DNA from: an uncultured Candidatus Rokubacteria bacterium | Lineage (GTDB): Bacteria > Methylomirabilota > Methylomirabilia > Rokubacteriales > DASRDR01 | Reading direction: 5' to 3' | Assembly (NCBI GenBank): GCA_963708025.1 | Contig: CAVPSB010000013.1 | Location: forward strand, 96,001 to 160,000 | DNA length: 64,000 bases | In this document: positions 21,390 to 30,842 of the stretch, piece after piece | Numbering within the stretch: position 1 is the stretch's first letter | Layout: each line of letters starts with the position of its first letter | The notes under the pieces: model-generated | Seen by the model: only the letters and a program-made list of their open reading frames with translations | What the model was told of the DNA's origin: nothing | The model's database searches: none | Translations under genes and position numbers: made by a program

Positions 21390-22469
21390 TCACGACGACC
21401 GTCGTCGCTGACGGGTGCGGACTCTCCCCTCCTCGTTCGACTCTCCGATGCGCTGGCAGCTCTGGCGATGGACGAGCTGGAGGGGCAGCGGGGCCCCGGC
21501 GGCGGGGACCAGCCGGCCGGCCACCAGCTCCAGCAGCTTGCGGGCCGCGGTCAGACCGAGCTCGTAGCGGGGGACGCGCACCGTGGTGAGGGCCGGCGTC
21601 ACCAGGCTGGCGTAGGGCACGTCGTCCCAGCCGACGACCGAGAGATCGCGGGGGATGCGGACCCCGGCCTCGGCACAGGCCTGCAGCAGCCCGATCGCCA
21701 TCACGTCGCTGTGGCAGATCGCGGCGGTGGGGCGGCTGGCCTGGGCGAGCAGCCGCTGGCCGGCGCGATAGCCGCCTTCGATCGAGATGCTCTCCCGGAA
21801 GATGAGGGACGGGTCGGGACCGAGCCCCGCTCGACCGAGGGCGGGGCGATACCAGTCCTCGCGGTTCCCGACCCGGGCCTCGTCCCGCGAGGGGACGACC
21901 AGCCCGATGCGGCGGTGGCCGAGGCCGGACAGGTGGGCCACCACCTCGGAGGTGGCGGTCTTCCAGTCCACCCAGACCGCCGCCACCCGGGCCCCGTGGA
22001 CGTCCCGGTTGAGGAACACCATCGGGATGCCCGTGCGCTGGGCCAGCTCGGCCAGCGTGTCGACCTCGACCTGGGGGGCGCCCAGGATCAGGCCGTCGGT
22101 GCTTCGCTCGAGCAGGTGCTTCACGTTCTTCAGCTCGCGCTCGGGGTCGCGGCGACTGCTGGAGAGGATCAGGCTGTAGCCGGCCGGCGCCAGGACGTCC
22201 TCGACCCCCCGCACGACGTCCGGGAAGAACGGGCTCGCCACGTCCCCCATCACGAGGCCGACGGTGTTGGTCCGGCGGCTGACCAGGCTCCGGGCGATGT
22301 GGCTGGGACGGAATCCCAGATCGGCGATCGCCTGCTCGACCCGGGCCCGGGTCCCGGGGGCGATGCGGTTCTCACCGTTGATCACCCGGGACACCGTCTG
22401 GTGGGACACCGCGGCGAAGCGCGCGACGTCCCGGATGGTCGCCTTCTTCCCCGGTGGTGGCAGGGCCAT
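21390..22469 (-). CDS. LacI family transcriptional regulator
   Basis: ATIRDVARFAAVSHQTVSRVIN HTH; DLSVVGWDD, LTTV. Confidence 0.95.
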   Translation of the reverse strand: MALPPPGKKATIRDVARFAAVSHQTVSRVINGENRIAPGTRARVEQAIADLGFRPSHIARSLVSRRTNTVGLVMGDVASPFFPDVVRGVEDVLAPAGYSLILSSSRRDPERELKNVKHLLERSTDGLILGAPQVEVDTLAELAQRTGIPMVFLNRDVHGARVAAVWVDWKTATSEVVAHLSGLGHRRIGLVVPSRDEARVGNREDWYRPALGRAGLGPDPSLIFRESISIEGGYRAGQRLLAQASRPTAAICHSDVMAIGLLQACAEAGVRIPRDLSVVGWDDVPYASLVTPALTTVRVPRYELGLTAARKLLELVAGRLVPAAGAPLPLQLVHRQSCQRIGESNEEGRVRTRQRRRSS

Positions 22470-22524
22470 CGCGATTCTCCCAGCCCGAGCGAGCCCCGGA
22501 ACGCGAAAGGGCGGCCGCTGACGA

Positions 22525-22567
22525 TGTGACCGGTCACACGCTAGCAGGAGCGCGGGCGGGCTGTCAA
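22525..22567 (-). promoter_or_regulatory. Sigma-70 promoter plus LacI-type operator upstream of the regulator gene
   Basis: Minus strand TTGACA (22567-22562), 18 nt spacer, TGn-TAGCGT (22543-22538), then perfect palindrome TGTGACCGGTCACA (22525-22538). Confidence 0.8.
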
Positions 22568-22777
22568 CGGCCCGGAGGCTGCTCGAGCCCGCGCCGCGCC
22601 GACCGGTCACGCGGAGACGGACGGGAGTCGCGCACCGGGCTGCGACGGCGACCCCGGACGCCAGCGCGAGAGCCGCGTGAGCGTGCCCGGCCAGTCCGCG
22701 ATGAGGCCGGCGAGCAGCGTGCCCACGACATGGCCGAGGCCCCGCCCGAGGTCCTACCGATCTACCCGTTGGCGGCC

Positions 22778-22807
22778 TTGACCCATTCTCCGCGGGTGCC
22801 CTACACT
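22778..22807 (+). promoter_or_regulatory. Putative sigma-70 promoter
   Basis: TTGACC-N18-TACACT upstream of the DUF4242 gene. Confidence 0.5.
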
Positions 22808-22835
22808 CACGGAAAGCGTGGTGAGAGGAGGCCCG

Positions 22836-23088
22836 ATGCCGCTCTACCTGGACGTTCACAACAAGATCGACGGGCCTGACCGGCGCCGCGGTGGGCGACG
22901 CGCACGAGAAGGACCTCCGGGTTCAGCACAAGTACGGCGTCAACTACCTGCGCTACTGGTACGACGAGGGCACGGGCAAGGTCTTCTGTCTCGTCGAGGC
23001 TCCCAGCAAGGAGGCGGCGGCCGCTGTCCACCGGGAGGCCCACGGGCTGGTCGCCGACGAGATCATCGAGGTGAAGGAAGGCGCGTAG
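22836..23088 (+). CDS. DUF4242 / SCO4226-like protein, frameshift near 22875
   Basis: MPLYLDVH...AHEKDL...RYWYDE..GKVFCLVEAP...VHREAHGL; GAGGAGG RBS. Confidence 0.85.
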
Positions 23089-23113
23089 CGCCGCCGCCCC
23101 GACGCCGGGTCCG

Positions 23114-26100
23114 ATGTCGTGCCCGCGCTGCCGACACCCGAACCCGCCGACGGCCAGGTTCTGCAGCAACTGCGGGACGTCGTTCGAAGGGGGGTGTCCG
23201 GGCTGTGGGCACCACAACGCGCCCGGCAGCCGCTACTGCAACGAGTGCGGTGAGGCGCTGAGCCCGGCGCCGACCTCGCCGGCGGTCGCCCCCGAGGCCT
23301 ACACCCCCCAGCACCTCGCCGCGCGTATCCTCACGTCTCGCGGGTTGCGCTCCAAGGCGAGCGCAAGCAGGTCACCGTCCTCCTGGCCGACCTCAAGGGC
23401 TCGATGGAGCTGCTGGCCGACCGCGACCCCGAGGAGGCGCGGCAGCTCCTCGACCCGGTCCTCGAGCGCATGATGGAGGCGGTCCACCACTACGAGGGCA
23501 CCGTCAACCAGGTCATGGGCGACGGGATCATGGCCCTGTTCGGGGCGCCGCTCGCCCACGAAGACCATGCGGTGCGCGCCTGCTACGCGGCCCTGCGGAT
23601 GCAGGAGCGGGTGGGCCGGTACGCCGACGAGGTCCAGCGCACGCATGGCGTTCCCGTGCAGATGCGGGTCGGGTTGAACTCCGGCGACGTGGTGGTCCGC
23701 TCGATCGGGAACGATCTCCACATGGACTACACCGCCGTCGGTCAGACCACGCACCTCGCCGCGCGGATGGAGCAGATGGCCAGGCCCGGCTCGACCCTCC
23801 TGACGCCGGCGACCCTCCGGCTCGTGGAGGGATTCGTGCGGGTGAGCGTCGCTCGGGACCGGTGCCGATCAAGGGACTCGCGCGAGCCGGTCGAGGTCTT
23901 CGAGCTGCTCGGCCGCCGCTTCCAGCCGGACGCGACTCCAGGTGTCGGCCACCCGGGGCCTGACGCGCTTCATCGGGCGGGACGCCGAGCTCGGAGCAGC
24001 TGCGCGGCGCGCTCGAGCGCGCGCGGCGCCGGCGCACGGCCAGGTCGTCGCCGTCGTCGGCGAGCCCGGCGTCGGCAAGTCCCGCCTGGTGCTGGGAGCT
24101 CGCGCATTCGCACCGGACGCAGGGGTGGCTCGTCCTCGAGTCCAGCGCCGTCTCCTACGGCAAGGCGACGACGTTCCTGCCGGTCGGGAGCTGATGCGAG
24201 GCGTACCTCGGGATCGAGGATCGGGACGACGCGCGGCGCGTGCGCGAGAAGCTGACCGGCAAGCTCCTGACGCTCGACGAGGCGCTCCAGCCCGTGCTGC
24301 CGGCCCTCCAGGCCCTCCTCGACCTCCCGGTGGAGGATGCCGGCTGGCGCGGCCTCGGGACCGATCAGCAGCGGTCGCGGGTGCTCGACGCGGTCAAGCG
24401 CCTGTCTGCTGCGCGAGAGCCAGGTGCAGCCGCTGCTCCTCGTCTTCGAGGACCTGCACTGGGCCGACGCCGACACCCAGGCGCTGCTGGAGGGCCTGGT
24501 GGAGAGCTTGCCGTCGCACCGCCTGCTCCTCCTCGTGAACTACCGGTCCCGAGTACCAGCACGGCTGGGGGAGCAAGACCTACTACGGGCAGATCCGCCT
24601 CGACCCGCTGGCGTCGGAGACGGCCGAGACGCTTCTCGCGGACCTCCTGGGCCCCGATGCGGGGCTGGCGCCGCTGCCGTCCCTCCTGATCGAGCGGGCC
24701 CAGGGCAACCCCTTCTTCCTCGAGGAGAGCGTGCGCAGCGCTGGCGGAGACCGGGGTGCTCGCCGGCGAGCGCGGCGCGTACCGCCTCGCCAAGGCCGTC
24801 CAGGTCGTCCAGGTGCCGGCGACGGTCCAGGCGATCCTGGCCGCGCGGATCGACCGCCTGTCGCCGGAGGACAAGAGCCTGCTGCAGTCGGCGTCGGTCG
24901 TCGGCCAGGACGTGCCGCTCGCCCTGCTCCAGGCGATCGCCGACCTCGCCGAGGACGACCTGGCGCGCGGGCTGGGGCGGCTGCAGTCGGCGGAGTTCGT
25001 CTACGAGACGCGGCTCTTCCCCGACGTCGAGTACACGTTCAAGCACGCGCTCACCCACGAGGTCGCCTACGCGAGCCTGCTCCACGAGCGGCGGCGGGCC
25101 CTGCACGCGAGGGTCGTCGCCGCGATCGAGGGCCTCTATCCGACCGGCCTGGCCGAGCACCGCGAGCGGCTCGTCCACCACGCCTTCCGGAGCGAGGTCT
25201 GGGCGAAGGCGCTCGCGTACCTGAAGGACATGGGCGACGTGGCGTCGGCGAGCGGAGATCGACGAGGTGGTGGGCAAGGGCCCGGAGAGCCCGGGGCAGC
25301 TGTGGTGGACGGGCGAGCACGAGCGCGCTGTCCGGGTGGCCGAGCGCGACCTGGCGGTCGCGGTTTCCTTCGGGAACCCCGCCATGCGCATCGTGGCGAG
25401 CTGCCGGCTCGGGCAGGCCCACCACGCGCTCGGCAACTACGGGCGCGCGGCGGACCTGTTCCGGCAGATCGGCGCCTCGCTGCCAGGGCGACCTGGTCCA
25501 CGAGCGTTTCGGTATGGCCGCCTTCCCGTCGGTGTGGGCGCGCTCCTGGCTCGCCTGGTGCCTGGCGGAGGTGGGCGAGTTCGTGGAGGGGGTGACCGTC
25601 GGCGAGGAAGCGGCGGCGATCGCCGAGTCCGGCGATCATCCGTACAGCCGGGTCCAGGCCGCCTTCGGGCTGGGGACCCTCTACGTGATCCAGGGGCGCC
25701 CGGACCAGGCGATCCCGGTCCTGGAGCAAGGGCTGGTCGTGGCGCGGCTCGCGAACATCCCGTTTCTCGTGCCCTTCATGACGGGCCCGCTCGGCGCCGC
25801 CTACGCGCTCGACGGTCGGAGCGACCGCGCGGTGGCGCTGCTGGAGCAAACGGTCGAGCAGGCCGTCTCGATGCGGCTGGTGGCGAACCAGTCGCTCCGG
25901 CTCGCCTGGCTGGGGGAGGCGTTCCTCCTCGCGGGACGGTTCGACGCCGCCTTCGAGCAGGCTCGGCGCGCGCTCGACCTCGCCGAGGACCGGCGCGAGC
26001 GCGGCCACCACGCCGATGCCCAGCGCCTCCTCGGCGCCGTCAGTGCCGGGCGCGACGAACCTGACTTCCCGGCCGCGGAGGCGGCGTACGGCCAGGCGCT

Positions 26101-26290
26101 CGCCGAGGCCGAGGCGCTCGGGATGCGGCCGCTGACCGCCCGCTGCCGTCTCGGCCTCGGCCGGCTCCACTCGCGGGCCGGCCGGCCCGAGCTGGCCGGC
26201 GAGCAGCTGGCCGCCGCCACGGCGATGTTCGAGGCGATGGGCATGACCCGCTGGCTCGCCGAGGCGCGGGCGGAGGCGGGGGCGGAGTGA
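23114..26290 (+). CDS. Double zinc ribbon / class III adenylate-guanylate cyclase / AAA ATPase / TPR protein, about ten frameshifts
   Basis: CPRC..FCSNCG..CPGC..YCNECG; MGDGIMALFGAP; GEPGVGKSRL; FEDLHWAD; FKHALTHEVAY; spread over several ORFs. Confidence 0.85.
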
Positions 26291-26305
26291 CGCCCCCGGC
26301 GCGGG

Positions 26306-26806
26306 TCACTCCTTGATCTGGGGGAACAGGTCCCGGCTCGGCGCGTGGGCCCGCTTCCACACCATCACGCTCCGGGTGTAGTCGATGACGACCTTGCCGT
26401 CCTGGTTCACGCCGCGCGTTCGCACCTTGACGATGCCCCACTTGGGCTTCGACTTGGACTCGCGCTTGTCCACGACCTCCGACTGCGAGTAGAGGGTGTC
26501 GCCGGCGAACACCGGGTTGGGCAGCTTGATCTCGTCCCAGCCGAGCGCGAAGCCGTTCTCGCTGACGTCGGCCACGCCCATCCCGGCGACGATGGCCAGC
26601 GTCAGCACGCTGTTGACCAGGCACTGGCCGAACTCGGTGCGCTTGCCGTACTCGGCGTTGAAGTGGATCTGGTTCGTGTTGTTGGTGAGCAGCGTGAACC
26701 AGGTGTTGTCGACCTCGGTCACGGTCCGCCCGAGGCGGCACCGGTAGGTGTCGCCGACCTCGAAATCCTCGAAGTACCGCCCTTCCCACCCGGCCACGAC
26801 TGGCAT
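26306..26806 (-). CDS. MaoC family dehydratase
   Basis: GRYFEDFEVGD, GRTVTEVD, NQIHFN, PVFAGDTL. Confidence 0.9.
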   Translation of the reverse strand: MPVVAGWEGRYFEDFEVGDTYRCRLGRTVTEVDNTWFTLLTNNTNQIHFNAEYGKRTEFGQCLVNSVLTLAIVAGMGVADVSENGFALGWDEIKLPNPVFAGDTLYSQSEVVDKRESKSKPKWGIVKVRTRGVNQDGKVVIDYTRSVMVWKRAHAPSRDLFPQIKE

Positions 26807-26831
26807 GGCGATTCTCCTTTCGGGACCTCTG

Positions 26832-26896
26832 TTCGGGACCTCCCGCCCACCCCCCAGCCCCCTCCCCCACCCACCGGGGGAGAGGGGGAGCCGGAG
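26832..26896. repeat. G/C-tract hairpin repeat, copy 3
   Basis: Nearly identical to 42327-42392; its end TTCGGGACCTC is also duplicated at 26819-26829. Confidence 0.85.
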
Positions 26897-26935
26897 TCGC
26901 TCGCGCCAGCGACCCGGCGCTCCGGAGCGGGCGCG

Positions 26936-29260
26936 CTACGTTCGGGCCCCGGGCTGGCTCGCGACGATCGCCATGGCGATCCGCTCCGGCGTGAGGGGCG
27001 CCTCGGTGATCCGCACCCCGATCGCGTCCCGGACCGCGTTGGCGATGGCGGCCGGCGCCGGCACGATCGGCGGCTCGCCGACACCGCGGGCCCCGAAGGG
27101 GCCGGCGGGCGCGGGGACCTCCACGATGATCGTCTCGATGGGGGGGACGTCGGCCGCCGTCAGCTTGCGGTAGTCGAGCAGGCTCGGGTTCGTGAGGTGA
27201 CCGCTCTCGTCGAACTGGAGCTGCTCCGTCAGGGCGAAGCCGAGGCTCTGGACGGCGCCTCCCTGCATCTGGCCCTCCACGCCGAGGGGGTTGATCGCCC
27301 GGCCGGCATCCTGGGCGACCACGAAGCCGTGCAGGGTGACCTCGCCCGTCTCCGGGTCCACCTCGATCCGCGCCAGCTCGGCCGCGAAGGCGGGCGCCTG
27401 GATCGAGAAGGCCAGGTGGCTCACGCCGAGCACCGGCGGAACCTTCGACATGTAGAGGTTGCCCTTCTTGCCGATCTGGGCCAGCGTGATGAAGCGGCTG
27501 GGCACGCCCCGGACCGCCACCCGCCCGTCCTCGATCTCGAGGTCGTGCACCGACGCCTCGAGCTCGCCGGCGGCGATCTCCAGCGTCTGACGGCGAGCGT
27601 CCTCGGCCGCCCCCAGCACCGCGGCGCCGACCGTGTAGATGGTCTTGCTCCCCGCCGAGAGCCCGGTGACCGGGGCGCTGTCGGTGTCGCCGGTGGTGAT
27701 CCGGACCTGGTCGACGTCGACGCCGTAGGCGGAGGCGGCGATCTGGGCCAGCGCGATGTTGGTGCCGGCGATGTCCACCTGCCCCGTGAGCACGCTGAGC
27801 GAGCCGTCGGGATTGAGGCGGACCGTGGCGCCGGTCGGCTGGAGCCCCGGGATCCAGCCACCCAGGGCCAGGCCGGTCCCGCGCCGCCCGCGCCCGTTGC
27901 CGCCGCTGGCCGCCCACTCCGCACGGGTCTTCCAGAAGGGATGCTCGGCGAGGCGCTGCAGCACCTCCCGCGCCCCGTTGCTCTGCCAGGGCTGGCCGTT
28001 GGCCATCGGGTCGCCTTCCTGCACCAGGTGGCGCAGGCGGAACTCGACGGGATCGAGGCCCAGCCCGCGGGCGATCTCCTCCATCTGCGAGTCCAGGGCG
28101 AAGAAGGTCTGGGGGGCGGTCGGCGCCCGGTAGGCGGCGACGCTCGGCTTGTGCGTGAGCACCTCGAAGCCGTGGATGTCGAAGCTCGGCCACTTGTACA
28201 GGCTGCCGAGGAACACGGCGCTCATCGTGAGGACGGTGCCCGAGATGGCGCCCGAGTCCAGGATCGTCTCCGCCTCCAGCGCCATGAGACTGCCGTCCCG
28301 CTTGACGCCGGTCTTGAGCCGGATGATGACCTGGGGGGCCGGCATGCCCGCCTGGAGCTCCTCGCGCCGCGTCATCACGTAGCGGACCGGTCGGCCGGTG
28401 GCGCGGGCCAGCAGGGCGGTGATCGGCTCGCAGAGCGCCCGGATCTTGCCTCCGAAGCCGCCACCGCACTCCACCGGGATCACCCGGATCCGGTTCTCCG
28501 GGATCCCGAGGACGTCGGCGACCTCCGAGCGCGTGTTGAACGAGCCCTGCGTGCTGGCCCAGAGGGTGAGCAGCCCGCTGCTGTCCCACTGGGCGAGGAC
28601 GGCGTGCGGCTCGAGGTAGCCCTGGTGGACCATGGGGACGCGGTAGGTGCGCTCGATCACCAGGTCGGACTCGGCGAAGCCTTTCGCCACGTCGCCCCGG
28701 GAGAGGTGTGATTGCTGGGCCACGTTGACGGCGCGGGCGGGGCCGGCCTCGGTCTTGGCGGCCGCCACCCCCGAGTGAGCGAGCGCCTCGCTCGTGTCCG
28801 CCTCGGTCCCGGCGTCGGCCACCGGCGGGGCGCCGGGCCGCATCGACAGGAGCGGATCGACGGCGACCGGCAGCACCTCGTACTGGACCTCGATGAGATC
28901 CAGCGCCTCCTCGGCGATCGCCGGCTCGTCGGCGGCGACGGCCGCCACCGGCTGCCCGGCGAAGACGGCGCGGTCGATGGCCAGCACGGCGTGGGCGCGG
29001 GTCGGCGGCTTGCGCTTCAGCTCGGGGATGTCCGCCGCGGTGAGGACGGCCCGCACGCCGGGCAGGGCGCGCGCCCGGCTGGTGTCGATGCGGACGATCC
29101 GGGCGTGGGCGTGGGGGCTGCGGAGGAGCTTCGCGTGGAGCAGGCCGCGGGGCTTGATGTCCGCCACGTACTGCGTCTGGCCGGTCACCTTCTCGGGCCC
29201 GTCCGGCCGCGGGATGGACAGCCCGACACCCTTGACCTCGCGCGTGGTCTTCATGGCCAT
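26936..29260 (-). CDS. Xanthine dehydrogenase family molybdopterin-binding large subunit
   Basis: EKVTG, RSPHAHARI, YLEPH, GGGFGGK, VEGQMQGG, GVGEPP. Confidence 0.93.
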   Translation of the reverse strand: MAMKTTREVKGVGLSIPRPDGPEKVTGQTQYVADIKPRGLLHAKLLRSPHAHARIVRIDTSRARALPGVRAVLTAADIPELKRKPPTRAHAVLAIDRAVFAGQPVAAVAADEPAIAEEALDLIEVQYEVLPVAVDPLLSMRPGAPPVADAGTEADTSEALAHSGVAAAKTEAGPARAVNVAQQSHLSRGDVAKGFAESDLVIERTYRVPMVHQGYLEPHAVLAQWDSSGLLTLWASTQGSFNTRSEVADVLGIPENRIRVIPVECGGGFGGKIRALCEPITALLARATGRPVRYVMTRREELQAGMPAPQVIIRLKTGVKRDGSLMALEAETILDSGAISGTVLTMSAVFLGSLYKWPSFDIHGFEVLTHKPSVAAYRAPTAPQTFFALDSQMEEIARGLGLDPVEFRLRHLVQEGDPMANGQPWQSNGAREVLQRLAEHPFWKTRAEWAASGGNGRGRRGTGLALGGWIPGLQPTGATVRLNPDGSLSVLTGQVDIAGTNIALAQIAASAYGVDVDQVRITTGDTDSAPVTGLSAGSKTIYTVGAAVLGAAEDARRQTLEIAAGELEASVHDLEIEDGRVAVRGVPSRFITLAQIGKKGNLYMSKVPPVLGVSHLAFSIQAPAFAAELARIEVDPETGEVTLHGFVVAQDAGRAINPLGVEGQMQGGAVQSLGFALTEQLQFDESGHLTNPSLLDYRKLTAADVPPIETIIVEVPAPAGPFGARGVGEPPIVPAPAAIANAVRDAIGVRITEAPLTPERIAMAIVASQPGART

Positions 29261-29266
29261 GATGGC

Positions 29267-29749
29267 TCAGCTCCTCTGGATGGGCGCGGCGCCGGCGACC
29301 TCGCCGATGGCGTCCAGCATCTTGGTGTACCCGGTGCACCGGCAGAGGTTGCCGGCGATCCCGTAGCGAATCTCGTCCTGGGTGGGGCGCGGGTTCTCGG
29401 CCAGGAGGGCGGCGGCGGCCATCAGCACGCCCGGAATGCAGAAGCCGCACTGGGCCACGCCGTGGCGGACGAAGGCGTCCTGCAGCGGGTTCAGCGCGCC
29501 GGCCCGCGCCATCCCCTCGATGGTCCGGACCGAGCGGCCTCGGGCCTGGAGCGCCAGCACCAGGCAGCTCGCCACCGGCTTCCCGTCGAGGTGGATCGTG
29601 CAGGCACCGCAGTCGCCGGTGCCGCATCCTTCCTTGGGTCCGGTCAGGCCCAGCTCCTCGCGGAGGGCGTCCAGCAGGGTCTCGTAGGGCTGGACCAGCA
29701 CCTCGACCGGCTCGTCGTTCACCGTGCAGGACAAGATCCGCTTCGGCAC
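29267..29749 (-). CDS. (2Fe-2S) small subunit of molybdoenzyme
   Basis: GCGTGDCGAC, QCGFCIPG, NLCRCTGY; AGGAGG RBS before GTG. Confidence 0.93.
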   Translation of the reverse strand: MPKRILSCTVNDEPVEVLVQPYETLLDALREELGLTGPKEGCGTGDCGACTIHLDGKPVASCLVLALQARGRSVRTIEGMARAGALNPLQDAFVRHGVAQCGFCIPGVLMAAAALLAENPRPTQDEIRYGIAGNLCRCTGYTKMLDAIGEVAGAAPIQRS

Positions 29750-29770
29750 GTGGCGATTCCTCCTGTTTGT

Positions 29771-29850
29771 AACCTCCCGCCACCCCCCCAACCCCCCCTC
29801 CCCACCCATGGACGGCCTTCGGCCTGTGGCCGGGGGAGGGGGGACTTCGG
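29771..29850. repeat. G/C-tract hairpin repeat, copy 4
   Basis: AACCTCCCGCCACCCCCCCAACCCCCCCTCCCC...GGCCTTCGGCC...GGGGGAGGGGGG. Confidence 0.75.
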
Positions 29851-29890
29851 TCGGGTGTTCGGTCGTCGCTCCGTGACTGGCTCAGGGTGA

Positions 29891-30758
29891 TCAGGCGCCC
29901 GCGCGCTCGAGCGCGCGGGTCAGCGTGCGCCGAGTCAGGACCCGGACCAGGTGACGGCGGAAGTCCGCCGAGCCGCGCTGGTCGCTGATGGGCCGGGCCG
30001 CGTTCGACGGCCAGCGCCGCCGCCTGCTCGATCCGCTCCGGCGTCACGGGCTGCCCTTCCAGCGACTGCTCGGCGGCCGTCGCGCGGACCGGGGTCGGCG
30101 CCACCGCCGCCAGCGCGATCCGCGCCCTGGCGCACACGCCGTCCCGGAGCGTGAGCTGCGAGGCCACCCCGACCACGGCGATGTCGAGCTCGCGCCGCGG
30201 GGTATGGCGGAGGTAGTGCCCCCCGCTCCGCGGCCCGGGGCTGGGCACGACGATCTCGACCAGCAGCTCGTCCGGAGCGAGCACGGTGCGCCGCACGCCG
30301 GTGAAGAACGTGGCGAGCGGGACCCGACGGGTCCCCCGGGGGCCCGCGATCACCGCCTCGGCGTCCAGGGCCACGAGCGGCGGCGCCATGTCGGCCGAGG
30401 GCGCGGCATTGCAGAGGTTGCCGCCCACGGTGGCCAGGTTCCGGATCTGGACGGACCCGACCAGGGCGGCGCTCTCGGCCAGCGCCGGATACCGGGTCCG
30501 GACGCCGGGGTCCCGCTCGAGCGCCCGGGCGGTGACCGAGGCCCCGACCCTCAGGTCCCCGCCGTCGGTCTGCTGCAGGCTCTGCAGCGGAGCCACCCCG
30601 GACAGGTCGACCACACACGCCGGCTTCAGCAGGCCGTTCTTGAGCTGGGGCAGCAGGTCCGTCCCTCCCGCCACCAGCTTCGCTTCGGGTCCGCGCTCGG
30701 TCAGCACGCGGACGCACTCGTCCACGCTCCCGGGCAGCTCGAGATCGAATCGTCGCAC
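29891..30758 (-). CDS. FAD-binding medium subunit of molybdoenzyme, frameshift near 30003
   Basis: AGGTDL and QIRNLATVGGNLCNAAPSAD; shifted frame gives PISDQRGSADFRRHL...stop at 29891. Confidence 0.92.
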
Positions 30759-30767
30759 GCGTCCTCC

Positions 30768-30842
30768 TCAGGGTTGCCGGCTTACTCGAGGCCCGCCGAC
30801 CACAGGCACGACGGCGTCGTAGCGCTTCGTTCCCGCGCTCAT
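30768..30842 (-). pseudogene. Probable N-terminal stub of an FAD-dependent oxidoreductase
   Basis: MSAGTKRYDAVV with ATGA overlap on the Rieske gene stop; ends after 24 aa. Confidence 0.4.

Noticed and set aside
26040-30758. 1572-aa minus-strand ORF
   Set aside because: Only the first ~250 aa are real (FAD subunit); a frameshift near 30003 runs into a stop-poor alternative frame over genuine genes.
26936-30758. Aerobic CO dehydrogenase (coxMSL) call
   Set aside because: Gene order fits, but the active-site loop AYRAPTA matches neither AYxCSFR nor AYxGAGR, and no cox accessory genes are adjacent.
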